A DNA stretch of 64,000 nucleotides, taken from NCBI RefSeq assembly GCF_006345805.1, contig NC_042998.1:70680001-70744000 (forward strand), in the 5' to 3' direction. The DNA comes from Octopus sinensis. Lineage: Eukaryota. A program made the position numbers and the translations under genes. Of the stretch, positions 14,103 to 28,550 are shown in pieces (the first letter of the stretch is position 1; every line of letters begins with the position of its first letter). The notes beneath the pieces were generated by a model, which had not been told where the DNA came from, ran no database searches, and worked only from the letters and a program-made list of their open reading frames with translations.

Positions 14103-14460
14103 ACGATCCAGTACTCTTTGAAATCTAAATCCAACTCGTCTATGGTCCATAAGGAGTTATTAATCTAACCACATCACGCATGCAAGATGATACTTGGTCC
14201 TATTGATATACTTTCGACTTAATGCATGATATCTATTTTATTATAGGCGCGTTTTACCATAGATGGTGGTACGATAATAACCCTGACAGTTTGCGGACAT
14301 TCGATAGGTAGCCTCAAATAACAAATTGTTGCTCAACTCAATATATGCATATAATTGTTTATGCGCATAATTGCCTTCATATCTGCTTGCTTATATTCCT
14401 CTCATAGCCACTCTTTCCCTCGTAGAGTCATTGAAGCCTAAAGTTTGAATCAGCTTAGTG

Positions 14461-14491
<31 letters not shown>

Positions 14492-14533
14492 CATACATAC
14501 ATACATACATACATACATACATACATACATACA

Positions 14534-14564
<31 letters not shown>

Positions 14565-15142
14565 GTATATATGTGTATGTATATATACATATGTGTCTGT
14601 TCATGCACGTACTTGTACAGACATTGATAAACTATTGAATGCTAATGTACACATATTTCAAAACAAATGCGTATTTTCATTTATATCTAAAATATATGCT
14701 AGAAACAAATGTATGTTCAACAATTGAATCTTATACATAGAGACAACTTTGCAAACTTCCATATATATTTATCAGGCTTGAAGCTTCTTACAAGAATTAC
14801 AGGAATTGACAGCTCTATCTCAGAATAAGCAAGTGATGCCATATTACTAAATAAAATATCCTTTGCCTGATTGACATCGATCTGATCTGTATGTGAATAG
14901 TATTATAAGTATAAAGTCTTGCTTAATATTGATTTCTTAATTAGCCACAACTACACAAGCAACATGAAATTATTGGATGTTCAATACTTTCTCAGAAACA
15001 TTTGTAGAGTTCACAAAATGAATTATAAGAATCTTGAATCGAAATAAAGCTCGCCACATAAAATGATTCATATTATATTGTTCTGTCAACTAGCGTGGGG
15101 CGTAATATTTTCAGAGCTGAAGATAACTGGGCTCGTGATAAA

Positions 15143-15560
15143 GATTTCAAATCCTGGCACTAGGCCAGGAATTTTAGGAGAGGGACAAGTTTATGTTATC
15201 AACCGCAGCACTCGACTGGTACTTACTTATTCTATCGACCTTGAAGAGATGAGAGGCAAAGTCAAACTCAACAAGACTTGAATTTGGAACTTAAAGATCC
15301 GGAAGCAGTCCCGCTAATAATCATGTCCGAATTGCTAACGATTCTGCCAACTCACCGCTCTAATTACGCGATTAATAATGGTTTCAAATTTCGGCACAAG
15401 GCCAGCAAGTTTGGGGGAGGGGATAGGCGATTACATCGATTCCGAAAGGATAAAAGGCAAAGTCGACCCATGGGAATCTGAACTCAGAACTAAAGACAGA
15501 TGAAATGCTACTAAGCATTTTGCACAGTGCGGTAACGCTTCTGCCAGCTCCCCGACTTAA
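15143..15560 (-). mobile_element. Two diverged SINE-A copies
   Basis: Reverse-complement core and tail at about 15143-15360 and 15377-15560. Confidence 0.7.
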
Positions 15561-15592
15561 CTAGACTCATAAAGATACCTGTGTCTGATAGC

Positions 15593-15899
15593 GGAGGCGC
15601 ATGGCCTAGTTGTTAAAGCAGCGGACACGCGGACGAAGGATCGCGTGTTCGAATCTCAGACCGGGCGATGTGTGTGTTTATGAGCGAAACACCTAAGCTC
15701 CACACGGTCCGGCAGAAGGTAATGGTAAACTTCTGCTGACTCTTTCGCCACAACTTTCTCTCACTCTTTCCTCCTGCATCTACCACGTCACCTGCGATGG
15801 ACCGACGTCCCGTCCAGGTGAGGAACCTATACGCCAATGAAACCGGTAAACCAGCCCTTATGAGCCAGGCATGGCTCGAGAAGGAACAAACAACAACAA
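15593..15899 (+). mobile_element. SINE-C, tail type 2 ending GGCATGGCTCGAGAAGGAACAAACAACAAC
   Basis: Same head family as 11623. The tail is shared with the minus-strand copy at 30858-31102. Confidence 0.85.
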
Positions 15900-16463
15900 T
15901 TGTGTCTGATGGGCTCTATCCCCTATCACCGTCCGTATAATACCGGCTTCAATTTAATTTTGGGTGGTCCTCAGCTATAGTCACTGGGTGGTTCTCGGCT
16001 ATAGTCTTCAAGGCATTAGTAGCTGTCTTTTGAATCTGCCTTTTGGTTGGTATCTTATTTTCCGACCCTGTAAAGATGAAAAGCAGCGTTGACCTGGTCC
16101 TTCGTTCGGAACGATCTCTCCAATAAGCTTCTGAGCACTTATCGTTTTCAAAGTTTTACTCATAGAGATTTGGTTGACCCAAGGCTATGATAGGAGATAC
16201 ACGTCTAAGGTGTTACATACAGTGTTTAAATATGAAGCCATGCAGTTGCCAAACGAGCTTCTTATCCTCACAACCATGCCTATTTGTATTGTATGTTCCA
16301 AGTGAGTATAGTCTGATAGGTTGTACAACGCTTTCGATGTTTTTTAGGTGCAGATGTAGACGTGAGCTATCATAGTCCCCCTCTGCGACTGCCAACCCTT
16401 GAACAAGGTGTTATCAATGATTTGACAAGCAACATTGAAGGAGAGATAGATAGATAGATATAG

Positions 16464-16528
<65 letters not shown>

Positions 16529-16747
16529 TGTGTCAGTAGTGCTGGTTCTCATTTTGCATTGAGTGAACTGAAGAAACTTGAAGTTCCTTTCTCAAAGACA
16601 CAACAGACTGCCCGGTTAAGGAATCGAAACTGCAACCTTATGATCGCGAGGCCAACACTCAAAACTAGGACACATGCTTTCACATTGGGAAAACATCTCT
16701 ATGTTAACCAATACATTTCACTTTTGGTGAAATGTATTGGTTGAGAG

Positions 16748-16791
<44 letters not shown>

Positions 16792-17514
16792 AGAGAGAGA
16801 GAGAGTATATGTGCCACGAAGTTGATTGTAGTACACTAGGTTTAAGTTCAGCAGAAATCAAAGTTATTTGGGCACCGATTCAAGTTTATACTTTAAACTA
16901 CATTTACTTTGTAACACCCAGAGATGGACTTTGCATCTCACTTCATTTTTTATTGAGTCTGATCAGAATGAACACCGAAAATTATGTTATATACTTCCTC
17001 CTATAGACAGTCGGTTGGTATGGGTGCTAATGAGTTATCGATCTTTAAGAGCCTGTATAGATTAAAGCAAACACTCGTGATTCAGGGCTGATTTATAAAT
17101 ATTTATTCTAAACTTGTCACCTTCAGAATCATACTAAGTGAGAAAGTTTCAAATCTAATGGTGTTTATTGCTGACAGTAACTGACAGAAGATCTACAGGA
17201 GCAATCTTGATGGTGTACATATCTACTTCTTTCAATTTTCTATGTTAAAATTTCTCTGGGGATCAATTTTAAGCGTCATCCCATCTGAGAATCGATAAAA
17301 ATAATACCAATGATATGACACGCACTGACTGAATCGGCTACATTTTGAGGCCAGCAAAACTAATCACATGCTCTATAGATGAGAATTATCGATTGTTTAT
17401 GAAGCAGAATCTCACAGATCTTTAAAAGAGTGGGGTAATGTGTACATGCTATGCCCATGGCTTAAGCATGAAGTGGAACAGTCTCAAGTGGTCAGTTACA
17501 TCTAAAAGGAAATT

Positions 17515-17680
17515 GCTTTTAAGAATGCATAGCCCTGTAGTTTGGACGCTCCCTTCGCAATCACATGGTTCTGGATTCGATCTCGCTGTACAGCATTTTG
17601 TGTAAGTGTCATCAACTTCAGCCTCGACTTCATCAACACCTTGAGAGTGGAATTTGTAGATGGAAATTACGTCTGTAATA
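17515..17680 (+). mobile_element. Diverged SINE-B 5' part
   Basis: CACATGGTTCTGGATTCGAT...CCTTGAGAGTGGAATTTGTAGATGGAAA aligns to the SINE-B head. Confidence 0.6.
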
Positions 17681-17687
17681 TGTATGT

Positions 17688-18070
17688 ATTGTGTTGAGTC
17701 AAAATTTTCGCAATATTTTGGTAACATATTTGCTTCATTCGTCAAGTTACAACATAAGCAGCCTAGCATTCGAAGAAGAGACCATTGTGTTGCACCGCCT
17801 GAGTCACCTTTCTGCCAGTTCTTTAATCCCATGTTGATACCAGTTCTTATCCTTTGAGGTGAGAAATTCGTTCACTGAAGTTTCCATCTCTTCTTCGTTG
17901 ATGACAGGTCGCGAGTGCAGAAAGTGAGACATGGATCGGAATAATATCGCCGTCACACTAAAGTACTCTGCGAATATAGGCATGCATAAACTTTTGGTAG
18001 AATGTAGTGCTTTTTCTCTGGGTGTATATGCTTGTTCATCAGTCAGGAAATACTTTCTGACAAGTTCATG
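17688..18070 (-). mobile_element. Internally deleted mariner remnant (transposase C-terminus)
   Basis: Minus-strand ORF segment LFRSMSHFL...EMETSVNEFLTSKDKNWYQHGIKELAER is the typical mariner C-terminus. Confidence 0.75.
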
Positions 18071-18202
18071 TGTATGTATGTATGTATGTATGTATGTATG
18101 TATGTATGTATGTATGTATGTATGTATGTATGTATGCATGTGTGTATGCATGTATGTATGCATGTAAATATATATATATGTCCTTGCATATATATCTGTA
18201 TA

Positions 18203-18709
18203 CCGTAAATCCTCGAGTATAATCCGCATTTTTTCCCCAAAACTTAAAGGTCAAAATCCCTAGTGCGTACTATATTCGAGGTTAAAAATGAAAAATGTTT
18301 TCTAAGCAATGTCCGAGTCTCTATTTGCTGTCCGACAATGTTTATTCAGACGCATTTTGTCGAGCGCGAAAATACCTTAAGCTAAGCCTGGAAGCAATGA
18401 AGAATCATGTATAACTTGCAGTAAGCAACATTTATTAAAATATAAGTATTTAGAATACAGAATAACATGTAACAAAAACAATTTGCAAACATATTTACAT
18501 TCCCATATAACAGTTAAGAACATCACCATTATTGCAATACGCATGCGCGGAAGTGTTTGTTCGACTAGGTTCTGCTGGCTTAATTACGCACGACTCAAGC
18601 TAGAGAAGGATGCGTATTATACACAAAGTTTAGGTTTTTCAGAGGTACAACCCCATAAAAATCCCCTGCGTATTATACTCAAGGACGGACAAAACTCGAG
18701 GATTTACGG
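18203..18709. mobile_element. MITE with CCGTAAATCCTCGAG terminal inverted repeats and TA TSD (pogo/Tc2-like)
   Basis: TA|CCGTAAATCCTCGAG at 18201 and CTCGAGGATTTACGG|TA ending at 18711. Subterminal GTATAATCCGCA/TGCGTATTATACTC repeats. No coding capacity. Confidence 0.85.
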
Positions 18710-18834
18710 TATACGTTTACAAATATATATCAAATGTGTATACATACATCCATGAATATACATACACACATACTCACTCATATATGTATATATGTATATA
18801 TATATATATATACGGATGAATGGTTGTATGCATA

Positions 18835-18875
<41 letters not shown>

Positions 18876-18933
18876 TTTATTTAAAGCAGCAGAAAATTCA
18901 ACAGAACCAGTTACTCTGAGTTTCCCGTTGCAG

Positions 18934-18970
<37 letters not shown>

Positions 18971-19169
18971 TTGTGATTATAATATTAGTATACAAGTCCG
19001 TATTTAGTTTTCCCCTGTGTTGTATTTTCCTATGTGAAACTGCAAACTTAGCTGTTTGATAAATAGGTATAAATATTAGCAGAATAAAGTGTGTATCGGT
19101 GTCGATATGATCAACTAAATGTTCTGAAGACATATCCGCGTCCAAAACCATAGTCTATCTTTTACATAG

Positions 19170-19383
19170 TTTCAACTATTTCACTGCAGCAATACTGGAG
19201 CACCGCCTCGGAGGGTTTTAGTCGAACAAATCGACCCCAGTACCAACATTTTTTAAAACGTAGTACTTATTGTATTAGTTATTTTGTCGAACCGCTAAGT
19301 TACAGAGGCATAAACACACCAACACTGGTTGTCAAGCGGTGGTGGGGACAAGCACAGGCACAAAGACATGTACACACACACAC

Positions 19384-19433
<50 letters not shown>

Positions 19434-19545
19434 ATCATACATCGGGCTTCTTTCAATTTCCGTTTATCTACCAGTTCCACTCACAAAGCTTTGGTGAACC
19501 CGGGCTATAGTTGAGGATACTTGCCCAAGGTGCCACGCAGTGAAA
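19170..19545 (-). mobile_element. SINE-B, 5'-truncated
   Basis: CTGGAGCACCGCC...GTCGAACAAATCGACCCCAGTAC...CTTGCCCAAGGTGCCACGCAGTG. Confidence 0.85.
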
Positions 19546-20309
19546 TCACATGACAAATATCATACCACAAGTAGTTAATGGACTGAAGTATGAATGAAGT
19601 TTTTACGGTGTAACGCTAAAAATTCTCTTTCCAAATATCTAAGATTGTCTGAGACACATCTTAAATTATCTTTCTTGGATGGTTAAATGAATATTAGCAG
19701 TACATTGAAGAAATCTTTAATCTAACCCGCCTGTATGTCATATTGGCTCTACACGGCTAACAGTTATATTTGTTTTACACTTGTGTTTTCAGATTATTAT
19801 CCTTTCCTGAGTGTTTCGTTCGTTTTCACATAAGCTAACTCTTCTGCATGTATTCCGATACGTTCGTTTCCACTTACGTTATCTTTCATCTACTCAACTC
19901 ACGTGATTGTCTTTTCAGTCGTGTGCGACTTTTGTTTACAAACACTCTATCCATCCTCACTGTCTTCCCCCCTATCTCTGGCTTTCCCCCTATCTCTCTT
20001 CCTCATGTATGTGTTATCTAAGGATTCACCTACTGTTGTTTTTATCTACGATGCCGTTTTATGGAATTAATTAGTTACTGGAAATTGGCACTACAGCTTC
20101 TTTATGGAACCATTTCAACCACGTCGGTTAGAGGGAATCAAATGGTTACAGGGAATCAAATGCAGCTCCCAAACTCAGCCCTCGTTACTGTTGCCAGGAA
20201 ATTAAAAATATATAGTACAATAAGAACGTGGCTTAAAATACAGCAAAGGCATCTGAAATGAGGATGAGAAAAAAGAGGAATGTGAGAAAGGAAAAAAAAA
20301 GTGCATGAA

Positions 20310-20310
20310 G

Positions 20311-20346
<36 letters not shown>

Positions 20347-20480
20347 AGAGGAGTAAGAGAAAGAAAGAGAGAGAAAGAGAGGGAAAGAGAAAGAGAGGGA
20401 AAGAGAAAGAGAGGGAAAGAGAAAGAGAGGGAAAGAGAAAGAGAGGGAAAGAGAAAGAGAGGGAAAGAGAAAGAGAGGGA
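20310..20480. repeat. (GA)n tract followed by a 16-bp tandem repeat (GGGAAAGAGAAAGAGA)
   Basis: Seen directly, about 6 units. Confidence 0.9.
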
Positions 20481-21937
20481 ATCAGTGAGAGAAATTTCCG
20501 GCTTCGGTTGTTATACTCGATAATGCATGACAACACATTATACATGACATATCACAGTTTTATAAAAATAAGTTTGTAATATATCTAAAAAAAAAAAAAA
20601 AGCGGTAAGACAAGAACAACAGAAGCAACATTATTATTAAAAAAACAAACAAGAAATAAGAATAAAGATAAATTTTTTTCTTATCTATTCTCAGAAGGCA
20701 AAATTTAAAGAAACCTACATCAAACTTATTTTTAAAACCTCAGATAATTTCTAGATATAAAAGTAACTATAAAATAAATATATAAAATAATGAAAAAATT
20801 CAAGTCTTGTAATAAAAATAGATAACTGAAAATAGTTAAAAGATGGTTTTATTTTTGCTAATTACTAATTTCTACATTTTTTTTATCACAATTCAAAGAT
20901 GAAACGATAATCAAATAAAAGAACAAAAACTATAACAACAGTTGAAAAAAAAAAATAAAATCCCTAAACAATAGAGAAGAGTAAAGTAAAAGAATTATGG
21001 AAGTAAATTGCAGGTAATTAGATGAAAATAGGTCTATAAAATAATGAGAGAACTGTTGGCACCATTCCAGACAGAAGTGATTCAAAGACTTCGACGTAGT
21101 TGCTTAAATGAAGACAAATCTAAAAAGTAAATAAAGAAGCAATTTCTTTGAGGTGGTGAAAACAAAACATGAATATATTCTCGTTTATTTCGAAAAGATG
21201 ACAGAAATATCAACAAGTTGGCTTTTTAAAACATTTTATGTTGTGTGTTTTTTAATATTTTTGCTTTTATTTGTCTATTGGTTAGCATGGATTCATAGAA
21301 TTAGTGAAGCGACGGATTAAATATATAGTAGTATTTTGTCACGTCAATTTACGTTCTCTGTTAAAATCCAGCCCAGAATGTATTTTGAATCTTATCTTTC
21401 CAAGTCTGGTAGAATAAAATGACCGTACAATCCTGGTTTCAAATTAATTGTCAATTTCGAACTATCTCTGGTCTTCTGTTAAAACTTAAGAATATTGGCA
21501 TAAAATATAAATAGCATCAAGTGACGAGTTTCGTAGTGCATCAGGCGGTGGGGGAACACTTCTTTTGTGGTATCTAATAATATAATTTTGTCATCTGAGA
21601 TCGAATCCTACCAAGATCAGTATTCTCTATAGTGGATCGATGAAAGAACTAACAAAACACTGAATCCATAGAAGTGATTATTCTCACTGCTATCATAAGA
21701 GCTATAATAAACAAAACTGGATCAGAACTTCTACCATACGACACAGAGATTGTCTTAAAATCTATCTGTCTACGTGAGTGTGGGGCGCGTATTAAGATAT
21801 TTCTTTAGGAGAGGGGCATCTAAATTTTCTCGAGATTACATAGCTACCTAATACAACTAACGAAAGCGTGGTACAGGCTACTAAGTCATTCTTGATTTCG
21901 ACTAACAGATGTCTGCACCACATACACACTCATATTC

Positions 21938-23268
<1,331 letters not shown>

Positions 23269-23454
23269 TCAAAATAATGTGTTATAATACTATCCCACAT
23301 ATACAAAACAGCCATACCAGCAATCCAACATACTTCCAACATCAGCTACACCACAGTTATCATTATAGTTTCGACACCTGGGTAGTACCTTTCAATCTGG
23401 TGGTGTCAACAGCACTAAAAAAAGTGTTGATTGGGAACAAACGTACCATATATA

Positions 23455-23700
23455 TATATATGTATATATGTGTGTGTTTGTGTGTGTCTCTGTTTGCCCC
23501 CCCAACCCCCGTCATCACTTGACAACCGATGCTGCTGTGTTTATGTCTCCCGTAACAAAGCGGTTCAGCGAAAGAGACCAACAGAATAAGCACTAGTTTT
23601 ACAAAGTATAAGTCCTAGGTTCCATTTTCTTTGACAAATATCTTGAAGGCGGTGCTCCAGCATAGTCGCAGTCAGATGACTGAAACAAATAAAAGAATAA
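23455..23700 (+). mobile_element. SINE-B 3' half, inverted relative to the adjacent array
   Basis: TTGACAACCGATGCTG...GCGGTTCAGCGAAAGAGACC...GGCGGTGCTCCAGCAT...GACTGAAACAAATAAAAGA. Confidence 0.88.
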
Positions 23701-23873
23701 AAGAATATATATATATATATATACACGGGTATATATTGGAAGACAAAAAGGTCACGAAGAAAAGGAAAAGAAGATTAGTAGAAACAGGAGGAAGAGAAAA
23801 ACGATATGTGTGAACTGGTGATAAAAAGAGATACAACGTGAAGGACATAAAAAGAGAATGAAGAACGAAACTA

Positions 23874-25514
23874 ATGGGTCATCCCATAAATAATGCTGCT
23901 TTTAAATCTTTTATTTTTCAAAATTAAGATAAACAAAGTTCTTTTTTAAATCTAGAATACACTCTCCTTCATTTTCTACTATGCCCTTTCATCTATCTGG
24001 TAGACTTGGAAGGCCTCTTTTCCAAAATTCACTTGTCCGTGACGAAAAATACTCTTCTAGTACTGTTCTAGTTCATATTTTCTGTCCAAATGATTTTGAA
24101 GACTGCGGAATAAATGATAAGCAGATGGGGCAATGTCCGTGAATATGGTGGGTGAGGCAGCGTCTCCCATTCAAACTGCTCCAGCTTTTGGAATGTCAGC
24201 CTCGCTGTAAGTGCAGAGCATTATCGTATTGAAACCGAAGATGGTCGTTTTTCTTCTAGCGCTGACTTAAGCCGCTCAAGCTGCTCGCAGTAGATCTCCT
24301 TTGTTATCGCTTGGTTTGGGTTTAAAAGTTCAAAGTGGACTAAAACTTTCATATCTCACCAAACAGATAACAACACCTTACTCATGCGAAAACCTTCTTT
24401 AGCCTGGGGTGCCGGTGTTTCTCTTTTCACTACCCACTGTCTTCAGCGCTTGACATTTTTACAGAGAATCCATATCTCGTCACCAGTCACTATTCTGTTC
24501 AAAAAAGTTTCATTCGAGAGACATGACAACAAAGGAGAGCACACATTCACTCTCTGCGCGCAATTAGACTCGGAAAATTTGTGAGGAACCCATTGACAAA
24601 AATTTTCTGACTTTTCCGATGGCAAGCGGGTGCCGATGAATGGTTGAATGATCAACTCCAAGCTTCTCTGCTAGTTCCTCGTCAGTTATGTTGGGATTTT
24701 GTTCCACCGTGGTTTGCAGGACGTTCTCGTCGATCTCTACCGAACTTCTAGGACGAGGATCGTCTTCTAGGCTGTAGTTTTCGTCTCGGAATTTCTAGAA
24801 TCACCACTGACACTGGCTTACGCTTGTTGTCCAATCCCCATATACTACATTAATATTCCTCGCACTAGTGTAAGCGCAATGGCCCAGTGGTTAGGGCAGC
24901 GGACTCGCGGTCGTAGGATCGCGGTTTCGATTCCCAGACCGGGCGTTGTGAGTGTTTATTGAGCGAAAACACCTAAAAGCTCCACGAGGCTCCGGCAGAG
25001 GATGGTGGTGATCCCTGCTGTACTCTTTCACCACAACTCTCTCTCACTCTTACTTCCTGTTTCTGTTGTACCTGTATTTCAAAGGGCCGGCCTTGTCACT
25101 CTCTGTGTCATGCTGAATATCCCCGAGAACTATGTTAAGGGTACACGTGTCTGTGGAGTGCTCAGCCACTTACACGTTAATTTCACGAGCAGGCTGTTCC
25201 GTTGATCGGATCAACCGGAACCCTCATCGTCGGAACCGACGGAGTGCTTCCATCCATTCCTCGCACTTTCCGTTGCGTTGCTGCATTTATTGAGCTCATA
25301 AGGCAAAATATACAGAATATGCTCCTTTTCCACTTCTGTTATAGCTTTGAAAAAGTGTTAAAATCGAACTGCACTCTTCAAAACTTGCACTTAAGAATAA
25401 GTACAAGGTAACATTACTACCTGATTTTACAGCAATTTGATGCAGGTAGTTTATCCGGTCCCTCTCCGACTTTTGGTCCATTCAATTGAAAAACCACATT
25501 ATTTTATGACCTAA
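23874..25514 (-). mobile_element. Near full-length degenerate mariner with TIRs and TA TSD, interrupted by SINE-C
   Basis: Minus-strand peptide CQWVPHKFSE...FLNRIVTGDEIWI. Left TA|ATGGGTCATCCCATAAATAATGC and right (reverse complement) TA|TTAGGTCATAAAATAATGTGG. About 1.24 kb after removing the SINE. Confidence 0.8.
24867..25255 (+). mobile_element. SINE-C, tail type 3, with 12-bp TSD
   Basis: A-box TGGCCCAGTGG, B-box-like GGTTTCGATTCC. ATTCCTCGCACT is repeated at 24855-24866 and 25256-25267. Confidence 0.93.
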
Positions 25515-26242
25515 TATAATAAAAATCTGTGTGTGTTTATTATATGCCTTGTTCTCTCTATCCTTTGTGAGACGATGTGAAGTTGCATAAGAATATTGAA
25601 TGTATTTATGCGCACCCTATATGTATGTAGTCGGGAATTCTTACATATACTCTCTCACAAATACTTACATATATACACTTATACTTATGAATATGTGCTT
25701 ACGTTTGTAAGTATGTATGTATGTATTATGTATGTATATATACTCATGAACATGTGGGAATTATTAACGTATATAATATACGTAGATATAAATACACGCA
25801 CATGCACATACATACACACCCATATATAAGTCAAATAACAACGTAAAGGAGTTTGCATAGAGATATTGGCTTGAAATATCTATGTATATATTTCTACGTA
25901 TAAAACCTACGCAGAATCGTGTATACATTTGGAAAATTACGTAAAGTTATGTGTTTATAGATGAATGTACGAATATGTATACGTATACATGAGTGTGTAG
26001 AACTGGTAAAGAGATGGAAATGTAAACGCTAGAAAATTCTATGAAAATATTTGCAAATGTTGTTGAACATTGAACATAGTTTGAGTGAGATAACAGGCGG
26101 CAAGATGTCGCATTAATAAACTGAAGTGATACAATAATAATATTTGTAGGGAAAGATTTCATATATTGTTTTACAACATCTTCGAATGAATAAATTGAAT
26201 CTAGAAGGTAATTGATTCATTGGTTTCATGTAGCCTGAATCG

Positions 26243-26350
26243 CAAGTTATTATTATTATTATTATATTATTATTATTATTATTATTATTATTGTTGTTGT
26301 TGTTGTTGTTGTTGTTGTTTCTGCTGCTGCTGCTGTTGTTGTTGTTGTTG

Positions 26351-26442
<92 letters not shown>

Positions 26443-26455
26443 GTTATTATTATTT
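26243..26455. repeat. Compound trinucleotide array (TTA)-(TTG)-(CTG)-(TTG)-(TTA)
   Basis: Seen directly. Confidence 0.95.
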
Positions 26456-26569
26456 AGTTTTGAATCTGTAGAAATGTAAGAATAAATCTTATCTTATTAT
26501 CTAACTATAAACAATTGCAAGGCTATGCTTTATAATATTATTCTATCCTTAAAATAGGTGCTGGATTAG

Positions 26570-26860
26570 CGCAGAAGCTTCGGAGATTCGGAAACAATGA
26601 TTTTAATATATAGTTAAGTCTTTTTATGTTCTATGTTCGAATCTTACACTAGGGTTCAGTTCTTCTTTTCTTTCCTTGGGGTCGATAAAATGAATACCAA
26701 CCAGTTTCTAGCATTGATGAAGTCGTTTACCATTCTCGCCCTGTGCTTATCTTAGAAATCATTTGGGCATTGAATTAGCAGAATCGTCAGACTGAAAGGT
26801 GTTCGGTTAGTCTTTTACATTCTGAGTTCAAATGAACCTGAGGTCAACTTAGCTTTCATC
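26570..26860 (+). mobile_element. Old, diverged SINE-A pieces
   Basis: GGGGTCGATAAAATGAATACC and TTCTGAGTTCAAAT...GAGGTCAACTTAGCTTTCATCCTT. Confidence 0.6.
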
Positions 26861-26872
26861 CTTGCGAATTTC

Positions 26873-27520
26873 TGGGTCAGTAAAACGTTTTGGAACATGA
26901 AATTCATCACAATATATTTAAACAATGCGGAAATTTTATTCATCAAAGTACCATTACAATCAACACATTTTTGCCAACGAGTTCCAAGTTGGCTTATTCT
27001 GGTAACATAAAAATCTGAAGTTCGGGAGCTGATGAACTCTTTGAACACACTTTCAGCATCGGTTTGATTTTTGAACGTCTTCTCTCACAGGAAACCCTCA
27101 AGGTGCTTGAAAAATGGTAGACGGTAGGAGAAAGGTCTGGGGAATAAGATGGGTGGGGAGGAACTTCGTAGCCAAGTTCCTTCAACTTATTAAGTGTCGT
27201 TAGTGAAACGTGTGGTTGAGCATTGTCATGAAGAATGATTGGCCCCCTTCTGTTGACCAGTCTGGGACGGAGGAGTAGCAGTTTTTCATTCATTTTGGCA
27301 ATTTCATGGCAATATATTTCTGCAGTAATGGTTTTTCAGTGTTTTAATAAGTAATAGTGGATGAGTCCAGCAGTAAACTACCAAACACTCACCATAACGT
27401 TTTTTTTGAAGCGCTCGGGTTTAGGAAATTTTTTTCTGTGCTTCATTTTGGTCCAACCACCGCGAAGAACGTTTTTTTTATTATTGTACAGAATCCACTT
27501 TTCATCACAAGTTACAATAC
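26873..27520 (-). mobile_element. mariner (DD34D-type) transposase 3' half, truncated at the element at 27523
   Basis: IVTCDEKWI at about 27490-27520, IILHDNAQPH and PPHPSYSPDLSPTVYHF are canonical mariner motifs. Confidence 0.88.
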
Positions 27521-27600
27521 TACAGTTCCATATTTAAGAGATAACGAATTATGTACATTATATACATTTGACGGATATTTGTCCTCATCTTGTTTGTTGT

Positions 27601-27647
27601 TAACACAACTTTGCGGCTGATATACCCGCCAGCCTTCATCAGATGTC
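27601..27647 (-). ncRNA. Degenerate minimal hammerhead ribozyme (GAAA mutated to GCAA)
   Basis: Minus strand reads GACAU CUGAUGA A GGCUG N10 CAGCC GCAA A GUU GUGUU. Confidence 0.6.
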
Positions 27648-27693
27648 TTGGGGAAATTCCGACCTGGGTTCTCATTCCTAATGTATTTTTCGA

Positions 27694-27724
<31 letters not shown>

Positions 27725-27742
27725 ATTATTATTATTATTATT

Positions 27743-28464
27743 CAGTAGTTTTATTTTTATAGCGTGCTTTCACTTCACTACCGAGCGCAGCTCTGTGTGC
27801 CTTGGGTATGTGCTGTGATTTGTTGTGATGCTCTGATGGTTATTGTATGGAAAGTGTTCTGCGTAGGATGTGTGCAGTGCCTAGTAGTGCAATTTTCTGT
27901 ATGTTATATGTGTTTGTAAGTCCTGGTGTTTTTGTTATGTATTTGTCTGAATATTTTTTTATCATGCCTAATGCACCTACTATGATAGGAATTGTTTCTG
28001 TTTTCAGATTCCACATTCTAGTTACCTCTATTTCCAGGTCTTTGTATTTTGAGAGTTTCTCCATTTCTTTTAGAGACACGTTGTCATCTGCCGGTATTGA
28101 TACATCAATTAGAAAGCATTTTTTTTTCATGATCTCTGACAACTATATCTGGTCTGTTGGCCTTAATTTCTCTATCTGTGTGTATCGGCATATCCCAGAG
28201 TATGGTTGCTTTCTCGTTTTCTGTGACCTTTTCTGGTGTGTGCCTATACCATCTTTTTTCTGTTGTTATTCCATAATGTTGGCATAGCTTCCAATGTATG
28301 TAGGTTCCAACTCTGTCATGTCTATGAATATATTCCTTCTTAGCCAGGACTGGGCAGCTAGAGATAATATGATTTATTGTTTCTTGTCCATCTCCACATA
28401 TTCTGCAGTTACTTGTAATATTTCTTTTCATTACATGTTTTTGGTAATTTCTGGTGGGGAGGCC
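27743..28464 (-). mobile_element. R4/Dong-like RLE LINE, 5'-truncated, inserted in (TAA)n
   Basis: ORFs 28105-28431 and 27840-28142 give CRICGDGQETINHIISSCPVLAKKEYIHRHDRV (CCHC) and NRPDIVVRD...CFLIDVSIPADDNVSLKEMEKLSKYKDL (RLE). Short 3'UTR ending AATAAAACTACTG. (TAA)n on both sides. Confidence 0.9.
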
Positions 28465-28495
28465 ATTATTATTATTATTATTCAGGTCACTGCTT

Positions 28496-28550
28496 GGAAT
28501 CGAACTCGGAATCTTGGCGTTAGTAGCCCGCGCTCTTAACCACTACTCCA
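28496..28550 (-). promoter_or_regulatory. Type 2 Pol III internal promoter (A and B boxes) in the tRNA-derived head
   Basis: A-box TGGAGTAGTGG (28550-28540) and B-box GAGTTCGATTCC (28507-28496), starts 43 nt apart, which is tRNA-like spacing. Confidence 0.75.

Larger units (their letters stand above)
11950..14400 (+). mobile_element. Helitron Rep-domain remnant, internally duplicated and interrupted by a microsatellite and a SINE
   Basis: Pieces translate to KLLKYCSAFQIT, YFMDD, MYVKIETEMLEFL, YLRDA, GPRYM, YVRKFGLPNLFITFACNLKWTEI, SIEWQKRGL and DP.LFEI..YGP. These follow the order of Helitron Rep motifs (FITFTCNPKW, EWQKRGLPH, HGPCG). Many stops and frameshifts. Confidence 0.85.
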
